Positions 5,000-14,716 of a stretch of 61,743 nucleotides of DNA are shown piece by piece; positions within the stretch are counted from its first letter, which is position 1; the number at the start of each line of letters is the position of its first letter. Made by a program: the position numbers and the translations under genes. The notes beneath the pieces were generated by a model. The model saw nothing but the letters and a program-made list of their open reading frames with translations. It made no database searches and had not been told where the DNA came from. This stretch comes from a virus. Its lineage: Duplodnaviria > Caudoviricetes. The DNA is taken from positions 1 to 61,743 of the IMG/VR virus record IMGVR_UViG_3300047560_001038; one strand, given 5' to 3'.

Positions 5000-7900
5000 T
5001 GCCTATTCTCGGAATTACTGCCAGTGCTGTAGTAGCAGCCTATAAAATGGTTGTTGCTACAATTGGGTCACGCATTTTTACATCATACAACGGAACAGAC
5101 ATTTCATATGGGAATACACCAAGTTCGTATAAGGTAGAGGCAGTTAATGGAACATGGGTAAGTGCTAATGCAGCAACCTACAAGGGTGGGACCATTGCTA
5201 ATGCACAAAACTTTATTTCTTATACTTCTGCACTATATTATCAATCAACCGACGGTGTGACTTGGAGTAGTGGGATACTTCCAAATACTGTTGGTTCAAT
5301 AATGGATATGAAATATAATTCAAATTTAGGAAAAACAGTACTATTGCAGGGATCAACATCACCACGAGCAATTTATGAATCAACAGATTTAATTACATGG
5401 ACAACAACTGTTACTGGAATAGCAAACACAACATACAAGGCTATATTACAAGACAACAATACATATATAGCTCAGCAATCTGGAAAGCTAGTTAGTTGGA
5501 TATCATCTGGTGGTACATGGGTAACACTATCATCTACAACTCTTTCTCAGACTGTAAATGAAATGCTTTATGTTAATGACGGTAATATCTATACTGTTGG
5601 ATATGCCCCACATATAGCAAAAGTACAGCATGTTGGTGGAACAATGTCATGGACAACATTTGCAGACTATCCAGGCGGTATTGGCGGAGCTGGAGTATCT
5701 AACGTACAGGTAATGTCAATAAAATATGGGAATGGAAGATATGTAGCACCATATCTTGACACATCAGAAGATGCTATTGGTGCAGTATCATCAACAGATG
5801 GCGTAACGTGGGTATCAGCATGGATTGGTGCTGGAGCAGCACTTCCTGGATCTGCAGTATCTGTTAGTAACTGCTTTGCATTTGAATTTTATAACGGATT
5901 GTTTTATTCTGCTGGTTATGACGTTAATACAGATTCCATAGCAATATTCACATCACTGGATGGAATTACATGGATTCCTGGAAACTCTTTTTCTTCATAT
6001 TTGCCTAGTTCTGGGGCAGATGCAGATGCTATGGGGTCAATTGTGTTTAAGGATAATGTTGCCCTAGCAGTATATAATCCATCTGCTGGTAGCTCACAAC
6101 TATACCTATCTAGTCAGGCAAACACAATATCTCCATCTATAGCCACAACATCTTTGTCATGGATAACAACTTCTCTAGCATCCAGTTCATCAATTGCCGA
6201 TGAAGATTATAATACTGGATGGTATGATAAATACCTAAATTCTCCAATCAGACATTTTTCTACAAGTACAACAGACTATCTCGCATATAGTAATGGATTA
6301 TCGTGGGTAACTATAATGAGTCGTGACATATCAAATATGTTTGGGACATATCTGTACAATGGTTCAAGACATGTTGTTGTATTTCAAAAAGCAAGTGATC
6401 AGCCAATATACTCAACAGATGGAATTTATTGGTTAACAGCAAGTGGATATACAGGTGCTCATTCTGTATCAACTAATTTGCCAGCATCTACCGTTAAAGC
6501 AGCAGCAAGCTCAACACACTTTATAGTTGGTTCACGTGGTTCTGGTAGCACTGGTGGCACAAGAATGGTAATAAGTACTGACGGTGCTGTATGGACAAGC
6601 CTTTCACTACCAGGAGTTACCTGGGGATTTAGCACTGAGCCCATAGATGTTATATATGCAAATGGATTTTGGACAATCCTTCTTGAGAATGGGAGGGTAT
6701 ATACTTCAACAGATACTACAACATGGACAAGCTCAGCTCCAGGACTTACTTTATCAGACACAGTATCACGCAAAAATGGACTAGTATCAGACAACTCTTA
6801 TATTTACGCAATTAGCAGAAGCTCTACTGCTGGCCTAGCTGTCCCTATGTTCAGATCAACTGATGCAATAACTTGGACAACATATGCTTCAGCTGCATAT
6901 GGTAGCTTTAGAGATATTGTAAAAGCTGGAGACACCTGGTATTCTTCGGTAACAAATAGCGGAAAACTGTATGTATCTACAGACGCAACAACATGGACAA
7001 GTGTTGGAGTTGGTGCAGATACATTTATCGATTCAACATACTCGTCTCTATTTACTGATGGAAAAGACTTATTCTTTGTTGGAGCTGACGGACTTGTAAA
7101 ACAAGCAGAAGTCTCTAGTCAGAATCAACTTACAGGCTTTAATGTAAAAGATATTCTTTATACTCCAAAAGAAACATCTGGTTTGTCAAAAGACACATAC
7201 CTTCTTTCTGGAAAAAATCTTCTTAAAGCAAATGAGGCTATGTCTTGGACAAGCGTGATTAATTCTGCGGTATTTGGAAAATATGGAGCAAATAAGGCAG
7301 AGTTTGTAAATTCTAAATTCTATGTTGGTGGAGCAGGTTCAAGAGTCATATACTCAACAGATAGTATTTCATGGTCTCCAATGAAGTCGCATTCAGTAAA
7401 AGACCTGGTGCCAATTGATCAAGCTATAAATCCAACTCCAACAGTTGGAATATCCTATGCAAACTCAACTCTTGGTATTGCAACAGCAAGCAGATTTATG
7501 GATACTGTACAGGACTCAAGATTATTTAGATACCGTTCTGGATATGAAGATACAGATACCTTACAAGAAATCCAGTCTTATAATTTTACAGTGTGGACAA
7601 CATCTGCTGTTGCATCAATTGCTATGCAAGACCTAACTTACCTTGACCACCAAAAACTTTGGGTATCTAATGGAAACTCTGGTGTAATTAAATACTCTAC
7701 CGATTTAATTACTTGGACAACCGTAACAACATCACAACTCGGAACTAATAATACTACAAAGGCAAAAATTATTGGTGGACCACAAAGAGTTAAGTATATT
7801 TATGTTGCTGGAGATTCTGGAAGAATTGTTAGATCAACAAACGGAATTGCTTGGGCTACAGCAACATCAGCAGCTACAACTGCACATGTTAATAGATTTG

Positions 7901-9780
7901 CAGTCTCTGATGATGGTGTAATTGTTGCAGCTGCAGGTGTTGCAGTTCAAGGTGTTGCACATTACGTTAGATCAACAGATGGAACAACGTGGACCACAGG
8001 ACTTATTAGTGCTGCAGGTACAAACGTTCGTACTGGATCAATTGATTATGGTCCATCATATCCAAATGGTCCAAAAGTATTTGCAGTACTAACTGGAACT
8101 GCTGCAGTACCAATTATTAAAAAGTCAACTGATGGAATTACTTGGACTACAACCACTGCAGCAGGTGGCACTACTGAATCAATTGCATACTCAAAAAACA
8201 TTAATCAGTGGGTTGCATCAAATGGATCAGACTTCAAGGCATCAACCGATCTGACAACATGGGTTACACTTATTTCTTCCGTTGGTGGTGCAAATAATCA
8301 AATTAATGAAGTTCCAGGATATATATTGCTTACAAGTGGATCTGCATTAACATATGGAAAGTACTCTACAAATGGTGTGACCTGGACAACATTCTATTTG
8401 CCAACATCTTCATCATTCAGAGGTATTGATGTTGATACTACAAATAAAACAATAGCCATGATGGATAATGTGACAACTGCATATAGAACATCTTTAACAT
8501 GGATAACCAACGTAACATCACTTTCCACAAATACTGATGGCACAAAGCACATAATTGTTGCTAGTGGAACACCATTAAGATCTAGTGATATGGTTGATTG
8601 GACAGATTATGCTTATACATCTGGAGCAATAGTAAATGCCAGAAAAATAAAGTATCTTGGTGGATTATTCATTGGTGCTGGCGGTAATGGAAAATCGTAT
8701 ATTTATAAATCAACAAATGGTTCGGCATGGACTTCTTCGCAACCATCTACTGTTGCAAACTCTGATGGTTCATCAATCGCATATGATGGAACAACATATG
8801 TTGCCACAATTGATAGTGGTGGAACAGCAAACAGTATTTATTATTCAACAAACCTTACAGCATGGACAACCATTACGCTTGCTACAACTCCTGGTCAAGT
8901 AAACGATATTCATTATGATGTAGATAAGTTTGTTTCAGTTACTTCAACTGGAAAGGTGTTCTATTCTACTAATGGAACAACTGGATGGACTGCTGGAACA
9001 TCAAATACTGCATCAGCACTTTACTTTGTTAATAATCAAAATGAACTTGGAACTGGAACAGGATGGATTGCGTCTGGAATAGTATTTAGAACTTCAACAA
9101 ATGGTGTTACTTGGACAACAAGATCTGCACCAACAGCAGGATTCTGGGGTGCAAGTGCTGATGCTATTGGTAGATTTATTTGGAAGAATCAGTTAGTTCT
9201 TGTTGATGGAACAGATAATCTTTTTGCACTAACAACAGACGGAATTACGTGGGATACAACATCGATAGTAGTTGCAAATAAAAATTATCCAGCTATAGAT
9301 AATGCTTTTGCTGCAGGTAATAAAATCTTCTCAGTAGATAAAACAACCAATCCAACTATGACACTTCTTGAGTATACAACAGATGGTACAACTTGGGTTT
9401 CAGTAAGTGCAAGTTGGAGTTCGGCTATAAATGCATCAGTTTATGGTGGAGGCATTTATGTTGGACATAATGCTGGAATTGGATCTGCAAGCAATTCAAG
9501 TTCTACAACTGTAAGATCAGTAAATCCTGGTTTTATTGCACCACAGGTAAATGACCATGCAAATGGAATATATGTTGGAAATGAAGGAATTTATTCAGAT
9601 TCTTCAACATATGGTGGATTACAAAGACTTGTATCTGGTGTATTCTCACATATCTCGTATAATGCAAAAAATGGATATGTTGCAACTGGAAATTCTGCAA
9701 TATATAAATCAACAGATGGCGTTGTGTGGACATCAACCTCAATCTCAACAGCAGGGCAATTCTCAATCGGTGGAGTTTAA
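4999..9780 (+). CDS. Large Ser/Thr-rich multi-beta-propeller (Asp-box/BNR repeat) receptor-binding or decoration protein
   Basis: Dozens of S-T-[DN]-G-x-T-W motifs; TAATG coupling gives start MPILGITASA. Confidence 0.8.
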   Translation: MPILGITASAVVAAYKMVVATIGSRIFTSYNGTDISYGNTPSSYKVEAVNGTWVSANAATYKGGTIANAQNFISYTSALYYQSTDGVTWSSGILPNTVGSIMDMKYNSNLGKTVLLQGSTSPRAIYESTDLITWTTTVTGIANTTYKAILQDNNTYIAQQSGKLVSWISSGGTWVTLSSTTLSQTVNEMLYVNDGNIYTVGYAPHIAKVQHVGGTMSWTTFADYPGGIGGAGVSNVQVMSIKYGNGRYVAPYLDTSEDAIGAVSSTDGVTWVSAWIGAGAALPGSAVSVSNCFAFEFYNGLFYSAGYDVNTDSIAIFTSLDGITWIPGNSFSSYLPSSGADADAMGSIVFKDNVALAVYNPSAGSSQLYLSSQANTISPSIATTSLSWITTSLASSSSIADEDYNTGWYDKYLNSPIRHFSTSTTDYLAYSNGLSWVTIMSRDISNMFGTYLYNGSRHVVVFQKASDQPIYSTDGIYWLTASGYTGAHSVSTNLPASTVKAAASSTHFIVGSRGSGSTGGTRMVISTDGAVWTSLSLPGVTWGFSTEPIDVIYANGFWTILLENGRVYTSTDTTTWTSSAPGLTLSDTVSRKNGLVSDNSYIYAISRSSTAGLAVPMFRSTDAITWTTYASAAYGSFRDIVKAGDTWYSSVTNSGKLYVSTDATTWTSVGVGADTFIDSTYSSLFTDGKDLFFVGADGLVKQAEVSSQNQLTGFNVKDILYTPKETSGLSKDTYLLSGKNLLKANEAMSWTSVINSAVFGKYGANKAEFVNSKFYVGGAGSRVIYSTDSISWSPMKSHSVKDLVPIDQAINPTPTVGISYANSTLGIATASRFMDTVQDSRLFRYRSGYEDTDTLQEIQSYNFTVWTTSAVASIAMQDLTYLDHQKLWVSNGNSGVIKYSTDLITWTTVTTSQLGTNNTTKAKIIGGPQRVKYIYVAGDSGRIVRSTNGIAWATATSAATTAHVNRFAVSDDGVIVAAAGVAVQGVAHYVRSTDGTTWTTGLISAAGTNVRTGSIDYGPSYPNGPKVFAVLTGTAAVPIIKKSTDGITWTTTTAAGGTTESIAYSKNINQWVASNGSDFKASTDLTTWVTLISSVGGANNQINEVPGYILLTSGSALTYGKYSTNGVTWTTFYLPTSSSFRGIDVDTTNKTIAMMDNVTTAYRTSLTWITNVTSLSTNTDGTKHIIVASGTPLRSSDMVDWTDYAYTSGAIVNARKIKYLGGLFIGAGGNGKSYIYKSTNGSAWTSSQPSTVANSDGSSIAYDGTTYVATIDSGGTANSIYYSTNLTAWTTITLATTPGQVNDIHYDVDKFVSVTSTGKVFYSTNGTTGWTAGTSNTASALYFVNNQNELGTGTGWIASGIVFRTSTNGVTWTTRSAPTAGFWGASADAIGRFIWKNQLVLVDGTDNLFALTTDGITWDTTSIVVANKNYPAIDNAFAAGNKIFSVDKTTNPTMTLLEYTTDGTTWVSVSASWSSAINASVYGGGIYVGHNAGIGSASNSSSTTVRSVNPGFIAPQVNDHANGIYVGNEGIYSDSSTYGGLQRLVSGVFSHISYNAKNGYVATGNSAIYKSTDGVVWTSTSISTAGQFSIGGV

Positions 9781-9829
9781 CAATTATTGATTTTGTGGTA
9801 TACTAGTTTTCTAGAGAGAAAGCGGTGGT

Positions 9830-10501
9830 ATGACAAAGCCTCACTACAACGTAGTTATTGCTACCCCTGGACGATCAATGGAGAGTCCTTATGTAAAGAG
9901 TTTAGTAGCTACACTTCAATACCTTAATGAAAACGGTATTTCTTCAATTTACCTTAATGAATATTCTTCACAGGTAACTGCTGCACGAGAAGCAACAGCA
10001 ATGAACTCAATGTTCCTAAACATTTTTAATTCAGAGATTGGGTCTGGAGAATTCACATACGACAAGATCATATGGATTGATTCCGACATTTCTTGGACAG
10101 TAACAGATTTTATGCGTCTATATGAATCAGATAAGGAAATTGTTTCTGGAGTATATTTTAATCACACTGGTGTTCCTATGTTTTCTATGCCAGATTGGAA
10201 TATTGGAGATATAGGAATTCTTAGAGAAAATGAAAAACCATTTGAAATTGCAGCAGCAGGTTTCGGATTCATCTGCATGAAGTCTGGAGTATTTGAATCA
10301 TTGTCAAGACCTTGGTTTGAGTCAGCCTTCTCAGAAGTAGAAGATGGTGAAGGAAACAAGGCAGTCGTTCCATTTGGAGAAGACTATTCGTGGTGTACGA
10401 AAGCTGCTTCAGCAGGACATAAACTGTGGTTAGACCCAAGGGTATTGCTGACTCACCACAAGAATGTATCTATTGACGGAAGGATGATCGTAGGTGGATA
10501 A
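9830..10501 (+). CDS. Glycosyltransferase, GT-A fold (GT2-like)
   Basis: VVIATP, WIDSD (DxD), GFGF, GEDxxWC and H motifs. Confidence 0.8.
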   Translation: MTKPHYNVVIATPGRSMESPYVKSLVATLQYLNENGISSIYLNEYSSQVTAAREATAMNSMFLNIFNSEIGSGEFTYDKIIWIDSDISWTVTDFMRLYESDKEIVSGVYFNHTGVPMFSMPDWNIGDIGILRENEKPFEIAAAGFGFICMKSGVFESLSRPWFESAFSEVEDGEGNKAVVPFGEDYSWCTKAASAGHKLWLDPRVLLTHHKNVSIDGRMIVGG

Positions 10502-11180
10502 GCCACATTTTAATATTATAATTGCTACTCCTGGAAATAATTTTACTCAGGGGTACGTTAGAAGTTTGCTTCAGACTGTATCTGCTATTAGTGCAGAGGG
10601 TCTATCCTGGAACTTCCTTAACCAGTCAAGCTCTCTCGTATCTATGGCACGAGAAATGACAATCGCTGGACCTGGTGTAAATGACCCATCAATTACAGAA
10701 CCATTTGCAGGACAGTTTACTTATGACAAGATCATTTGGATTGATTCAGACATTGAATGGACAGTTGCAGACTTCTTTAAACTATACAAGTCAGACTATG
10801 ACATTGTTTCTGGATGCTATCTAATGCAAGATCGTCACACACCCATCTACGAAGCTTATCGTGGCCCAATGATGTCGGAAGACGAAATTCTTAGTCGCAC
10901 AGAGCCATTTAAGGTTGCTGGCATTGGTTTTGGATTTGTGGCAATGAAGTCTGGAGTGTTTGAAAATATTCCTCGTCCCTGGTTTGGTCCAATTGGTATG
11001 CCAATCTCTGAGGGAAGTACAGAAATGCAAATGCTACTTATTGGAGAAGATCTTTCTTGGTCAACTAAAGCAATTCAGAGTGGATTTGAAATTTGGACAG
11101 ATCCATCAGTCCACGTAGTTCATAATAAGTCGTTTAATATTTTTTGGAAAGATCAGATCGAAAAGATGAAGAATGGATAA
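10494..11180 (+). CDS. Glycosyltransferase, GT-A fold; tandem paralog of the previous gene
   Basis: Same motifs (FTYDKIIWIDSDI, GFGF, GED). Confidence 0.8.
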   Translation: MDKPHFNIIIATPGNNFTQGYVRSLLQTVSAISAEGLSWNFLNQSSSLVSMAREMTIAGPGVNDPSITEPFAGQFTYDKIIWIDSDIEWTVADFFKLYKSDYDIVSGCYLMQDRHTPIYEAYRGPMMSEDEILSRTEPFKVAGIGFGFVAMKSGVFENIPRPWFGPIGMPISEGSTEMQMLLIGEDLSWSTKAIQSGFEIWTDPSVHVVHNKSFNIFWKDQIEKMKNG

Positions 11181-12090
11181 CTTCCCAGCTTCTGGAGGTA
11201 GTGAGTTACTCAAGAATGCACTACTTGAGAAGTCTAGCCTTTCATCAAGAGATAATATTAACTTAATTATGTCTATTCCAGACATTAAGAATATAAAATA
11301 TTCTAAGCAAAACATTCTTTGGCAACACCTTAACCACAGAGAGCCAACGCTTGGTCAGTTAACAGATCGTGCATTTGTAGACAGTGTTGATGCATTTGTA
11401 TATGTTTCAAATTGGCAATACGAAAAGTACATGTATTCGTTTGATATTCCTACAAAGAACGCACACGTTATCAAAAACGCAATTAACCCAATTGAACTTA
11501 TTGCAAAGCCAAAGGAAAAGATTAAGTTAATCTATACATCAACTCCATACCGTGGCCTTGACATTCTATTGGAAGCATTCTCAAGACTTGACAGAGATGA
11601 TGTAGAGCTAGACATTTATTCATCAACAATTATTTATGGTTCTGGATTTGCAGAGCATGTTGGAGACGAGTTCGAACCACTTTTTGAACGTGCAAGAAAT
11701 ATGAAGAATGTTAATTACATGGGATATGCAACTAATGAAGAGATTCATAAAGCACTTCAGGAAGCTCACATATTTGCATACCCAAGCATTTTTGAAGAGA
11801 CTTCGTGCCTAGCATTGATTGAGGCTGGTGCTGCTGGATGTAGCCTTGTTACAACAAACTTTGGGGCATTGTATGAAACTGGATCAGAGTATGCAAAGTT
11901 TGTAACAATGCAAAAGACGGTAGATAAGCTAGTCTCTAACTTTACAAATGCACTCAATGAAGCAATTGATTCGTATTGGGATAAGTCAAATCAAAAGCTA
12001 TTAAAAGAACAGTCAGCTTTCTATAACAAGTTCTATAGCTGGGATACTCGTATTCCTGAATGGGAAAGACTTTTCGATAAACTATCCTAG
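11173..12090 (+). CDS. Glycosyltransferase, GT-B fold (GT4-like)
   Basis: LIYTSTPYRGL and FAYPSIFEETSCLALIEA (ExxxxxxxE) motifs. Confidence 0.85.
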   Translation: MDNFPASGGSELLKNALLEKSSLSSRDNINLIMSIPDIKNIKYSKQNILWQHLNHREPTLGQLTDRAFVDSVDAFVYVSNWQYEKYMYSFDIPTKNAHVIKNAINPIELIAKPKEKIKLIYTSTPYRGLDILLEAFSRLDRDDVELDIYSSTIIYGSGFAEHVGDEFEPLFERARNMKNVNYMGYATNEEIHKALQEAHIFAYPSIFEETSCLALIEAGAAGCSLVTTNFGALYETGSEYAKFVTMQKTVDKLVSNFTNALNEAIDSYWDKSNQKLLKEQSAFYNKFYSWDTRIPEWERLFDKLS

Positions 12091-12113
12091 TATTGTGATA
12101 TAATTTAAATATC

Positions 12114-12515
12114 ATGGCAACTAGAAAAAATTATGCTGTTGGAAATGTTCCCCCTCTTGTAACATGGACGGTAGTTCGTGGAGACTCTGCATCATTTAGA
12201 GTTTATGTAACAGACGATACAAAGGCAGCATTAGATGTTTCCTTATGGACAATCGATATGGAAATTAAGCGTCCAGATGTTGCACAAACAACTCCAGAAA
12301 TGACAGATGCTGCAACTCTAATTCTTACACTTATTCCAGAGATCACAGATGCAGATGGTCCAGGAGAGTTTACTGTAACACTTGCACCAGAAGAATCTGC
12401 ACTACTTGAGACAGGAGACATCTTCGATATTGAGCTATCACAGGAGTCAACAAGCAGAGTCTGGACTGTTGCTCAGGGTAGCGTTGTAATCATTGAAGAT
12501 GTAACAAACTCCTAA
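12114..12515 (+). CDS. Virion structural protein, BppU N-terminal-like
   Basis: VVRGDS...FDIEL...QGSVVIIEDVT; paralog of 3776. Confidence 0.55.
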   Translation: MATRKNYAVGNVPPLVTWTVVRGDSASFRVYVTDDTKAALDVSLWTIDMEIKRPDVAQTTPEMTDAATLILTLIPEITDADGPGEFTVTLAPEESALLETGDIFDIELSQESTSRVWTVAQGSVVIIEDVTNS

Positions 12516-12826
12516 TGGCTAAAGCTGTAATAGTCAATACGAGTAAGTCTCGTACATCAACAGCAAAATCAACAGATTATGCAATCCCCTCTATTGAGCA
12601 AATATCCCACTCTTCATCTGTTCAAGATATTAATCACGATTCTAAGCCAGTAACAACTGATTATGGAATTGCTAAAATCACAGACATTATCCATGATTCA
12701 AAGCTTGAGTCTATCTTGCCATTCTATGTAAGATTTACAAATATTGGAATTGAGGGTGGGTATGGACCAAGTAATCCTGCCCCTATTGGCATTGCTGTTA
12801 TTGGTGTTAATAACTATATTCTTTAA
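12515..12826 (+). CDS. Hypothetical virion protein
   Basis: ORF coupled by TAATG; structural context. Confidence 0.6.
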   Translation: MAKAVIVNTSKSRTSTAKSTDYAIPSIEQISHSSSVQDINHDSKPVTTDYGIAKITDIIHDSKLESILPFYVRFTNIGIEGGYGPSNPAPIGIAVIGVNNYIL

Positions 12827-12848
12827 CATCTGATATAATTAAAGAGTT

Positions 12849-13286
12849 ATGACTAGACCTACCCTCGCACAAATCAAGTCCAACTTTGAGACTGGAGATG
12901 TTCCAAATGGTGAAAACTATGCACAGCTAATTGATGCACTTGCTGCACAGTCAACTGAGCTTGGAACTGTGGGCAACAATGAAGAGACAATCAACGGTAT
13001 TGAAAATGCAACAACCATTGATACTTTTCTTGCCACAGAGTGGAGAATGGTCAAATACTTAGTATCAATTAGATATTCAACAACTAAGTATTACGCAACA
13101 GAATTAACTATACTGATGGATACCTCTGGTGTCAATGTAAGTCAGTATGGTGTAATAGACAATGATGGGGATATTGGAACCGTTAATGTCTCAAGGTCAG
13201 GAGATAGCGTTAACTTAACTGTTACACCTAATCCTGCCATAACGCCAGTCACTGTACGATTTGCTCGTATGGGACTTAAGGCATAA
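12849..13286 (+). CDS. Virion fibre anchor/adaptor protein
   Basis: IKSNFETGDVP N-terminal motif; C-terminal domain similar to that of the 13298 protein. Confidence 0.6.
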   Translation: MTRPTLAQIKSNFETGDVPNGENYAQLIDALAAQSTELGTVGNNEETINGIENATTIDTFLATEWRMVKYLVSIRYSTTKYYATELTILMDTSGVNVSQYGVIDNDGDIGTVNVSRSGDSVNLTVTPNPAITPVTVRFARMGLKA

Positions 13287-13297
13287 GGAGATAAAAA

Positions 13298-14662
13298 ATG
13301 GCAACAGTCAATAAGAAATTTAATGTTAAGAATGGTCTTGGCGTTGATGGAAATGTTGCGGTATCCAATGCTACATCGTTTACCGTAGATGGACCATCTG
13401 CAGACAGTCTTACCTTTGCACTTACAAATGTAACTGCAGCAACAATTAATGGGTCACCAATTGCTACTCAGGGATGGGTATCAAGTCAGAGCTATCTAAC
13501 ATCTGAAACAGACCCAGTGTTCGTAGCGTCTGACGCATATGGAATCACAAGCACAGACATCTCAAATTGGGATACAGCGTATGGCTGGGGTAATCATGCA
13601 TCAGCAGGATATCTAACAACAGAGTCTGACCCAGTATTCACCGCTTCTGATGTTTATGGAGTAACTACTTCAGACATTTCGAACTGGGACACAGCCTACG
13701 GATGGGGAAACCATGCTTCTGCAGGTTATCTAACTACTGAATCAGATCCAGTCTTCACAGCTTCAGATGTTTACGGTGTAACAACATCGGATATCTCAAA
13801 CTGGGATACTGCATACGGTTGGGGAAATCACGCTAGTGCAGGTTACCTTACAACCGAATCCGATCCTGTATTCGTGGCATCAGATGTCTATGGAGTTACC
13901 TCAACAGATATCTCAAACTGGGATACAGCCTATGGTTGGGGCAACCACGCTTCGGCAGGGTATCTTACATCAGCAGTAGAATCAATTTCAAACACAGATG
14001 GAAACATTACATTTAGTGCTGCAAGTGGCACAGTAACTGCAGATCTCGCTACTGATGTTGAGATTGCTGGAGACCTTATTGTTCAGGGAGACCTCACTGT
14101 AAATGGTGATGTCACTACAATTAATACAGCAACACTTGCGGTTGAAGATAACATTGTTGTTCTAAACACAAATGTAACAGGAACACCAACTCTTGACGCA
14201 GGTATTGAGGTTGAGCGTGGAGATTACACTAATGCAAAACTTTTCTGGAAAGAGTCTGCAAATGCTTGGTATCTTGGAACTCCAGGAGACAGCAGTTCGT
14301 CAGCTACTGAAGCTCAGATTGCTACAGTTGGAAACGTCCTAACACTTGAAGATGCTGCAGTAATTAGTGCTCACGCATCTGCAACAAGTGGTGCTCCTAG
14401 TGTTTACGCTTGGGACAGTGCGGTTTATTCAACTGCAAAGTTCACAATCCAGATGAAGCAGGGTAGCGATATCCACGTACTTGAGCTTCTAGCCACAGTT
14501 GCTGGATCAAACGTATACGTCACAGAATACGCAGAAATCATTAGCAATGTTGCACTTGGAGAAACAGATGTTACACTTTCAGCAGGAACTGCAACACTTA
14601 CAGTAACTCCTGTAACTGGTACTGTTGTAACCAAGATCGCAGCAACTCTCATTGAGGCCTAA
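13298..14662 (+). CDS. Fibre protein with 39-aa tandem repeats
   Basis: GDLIVQGDLTVNG and AGIEVERG fibre motifs; SD AAGGAG. Confidence 0.75.
   Translation: MATVNKKFNVKNGLGVDGNVAVSNATSFTVDGPSADSLTFALTNVTAATINGSPIATQGWVSSQSYLTSETDPVFVASDAYGITSTDISNWDTAYGWGNHASAGYLTTESDPVFTASDVYGVTTSDISNWDTAYGWGNHASAGYLTTESDPVFTASDVYGVTTSDISNWDTAYGWGNHASAGYLTTESDPVFVASDVYGVTSTDISNWDTAYGWGNHASAGYLTSAVESISNTDGNITFSAASGTVTADLATDVEIAGDLIVQGDLTVNGDVTTINTATLAVEDNIVVLNTNVTGTPTLDAGIEVERGDYTNAKLFWKESANAWYLGTPGDSSSSATEAQIATVGNVLTLEDAAVISAHASATSGAPSVYAWDSAVYSTAKFTIQMKQGSDIHVLELLATVAGSNVYVTEYAEIISNVALGETDVTLSAGTATLTVTPVTGTVVTKIAATLIEA
13493..13969 (+). repeat. 4 x 117-bp coding tandem repeat (YLTTESDPVF...WDTAYGWGNHASAG)
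   Basis: Units start at 13493, 13610, 13727 and 13844; a fifth copy lies at 16085-16210. Confidence 0.95.
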
Positions 14663-14716
14663 TTAGTTAGTCGTCAAGTATTATTAATCTGGTATAATTT
14701 ACTAAGGTGATGATAC

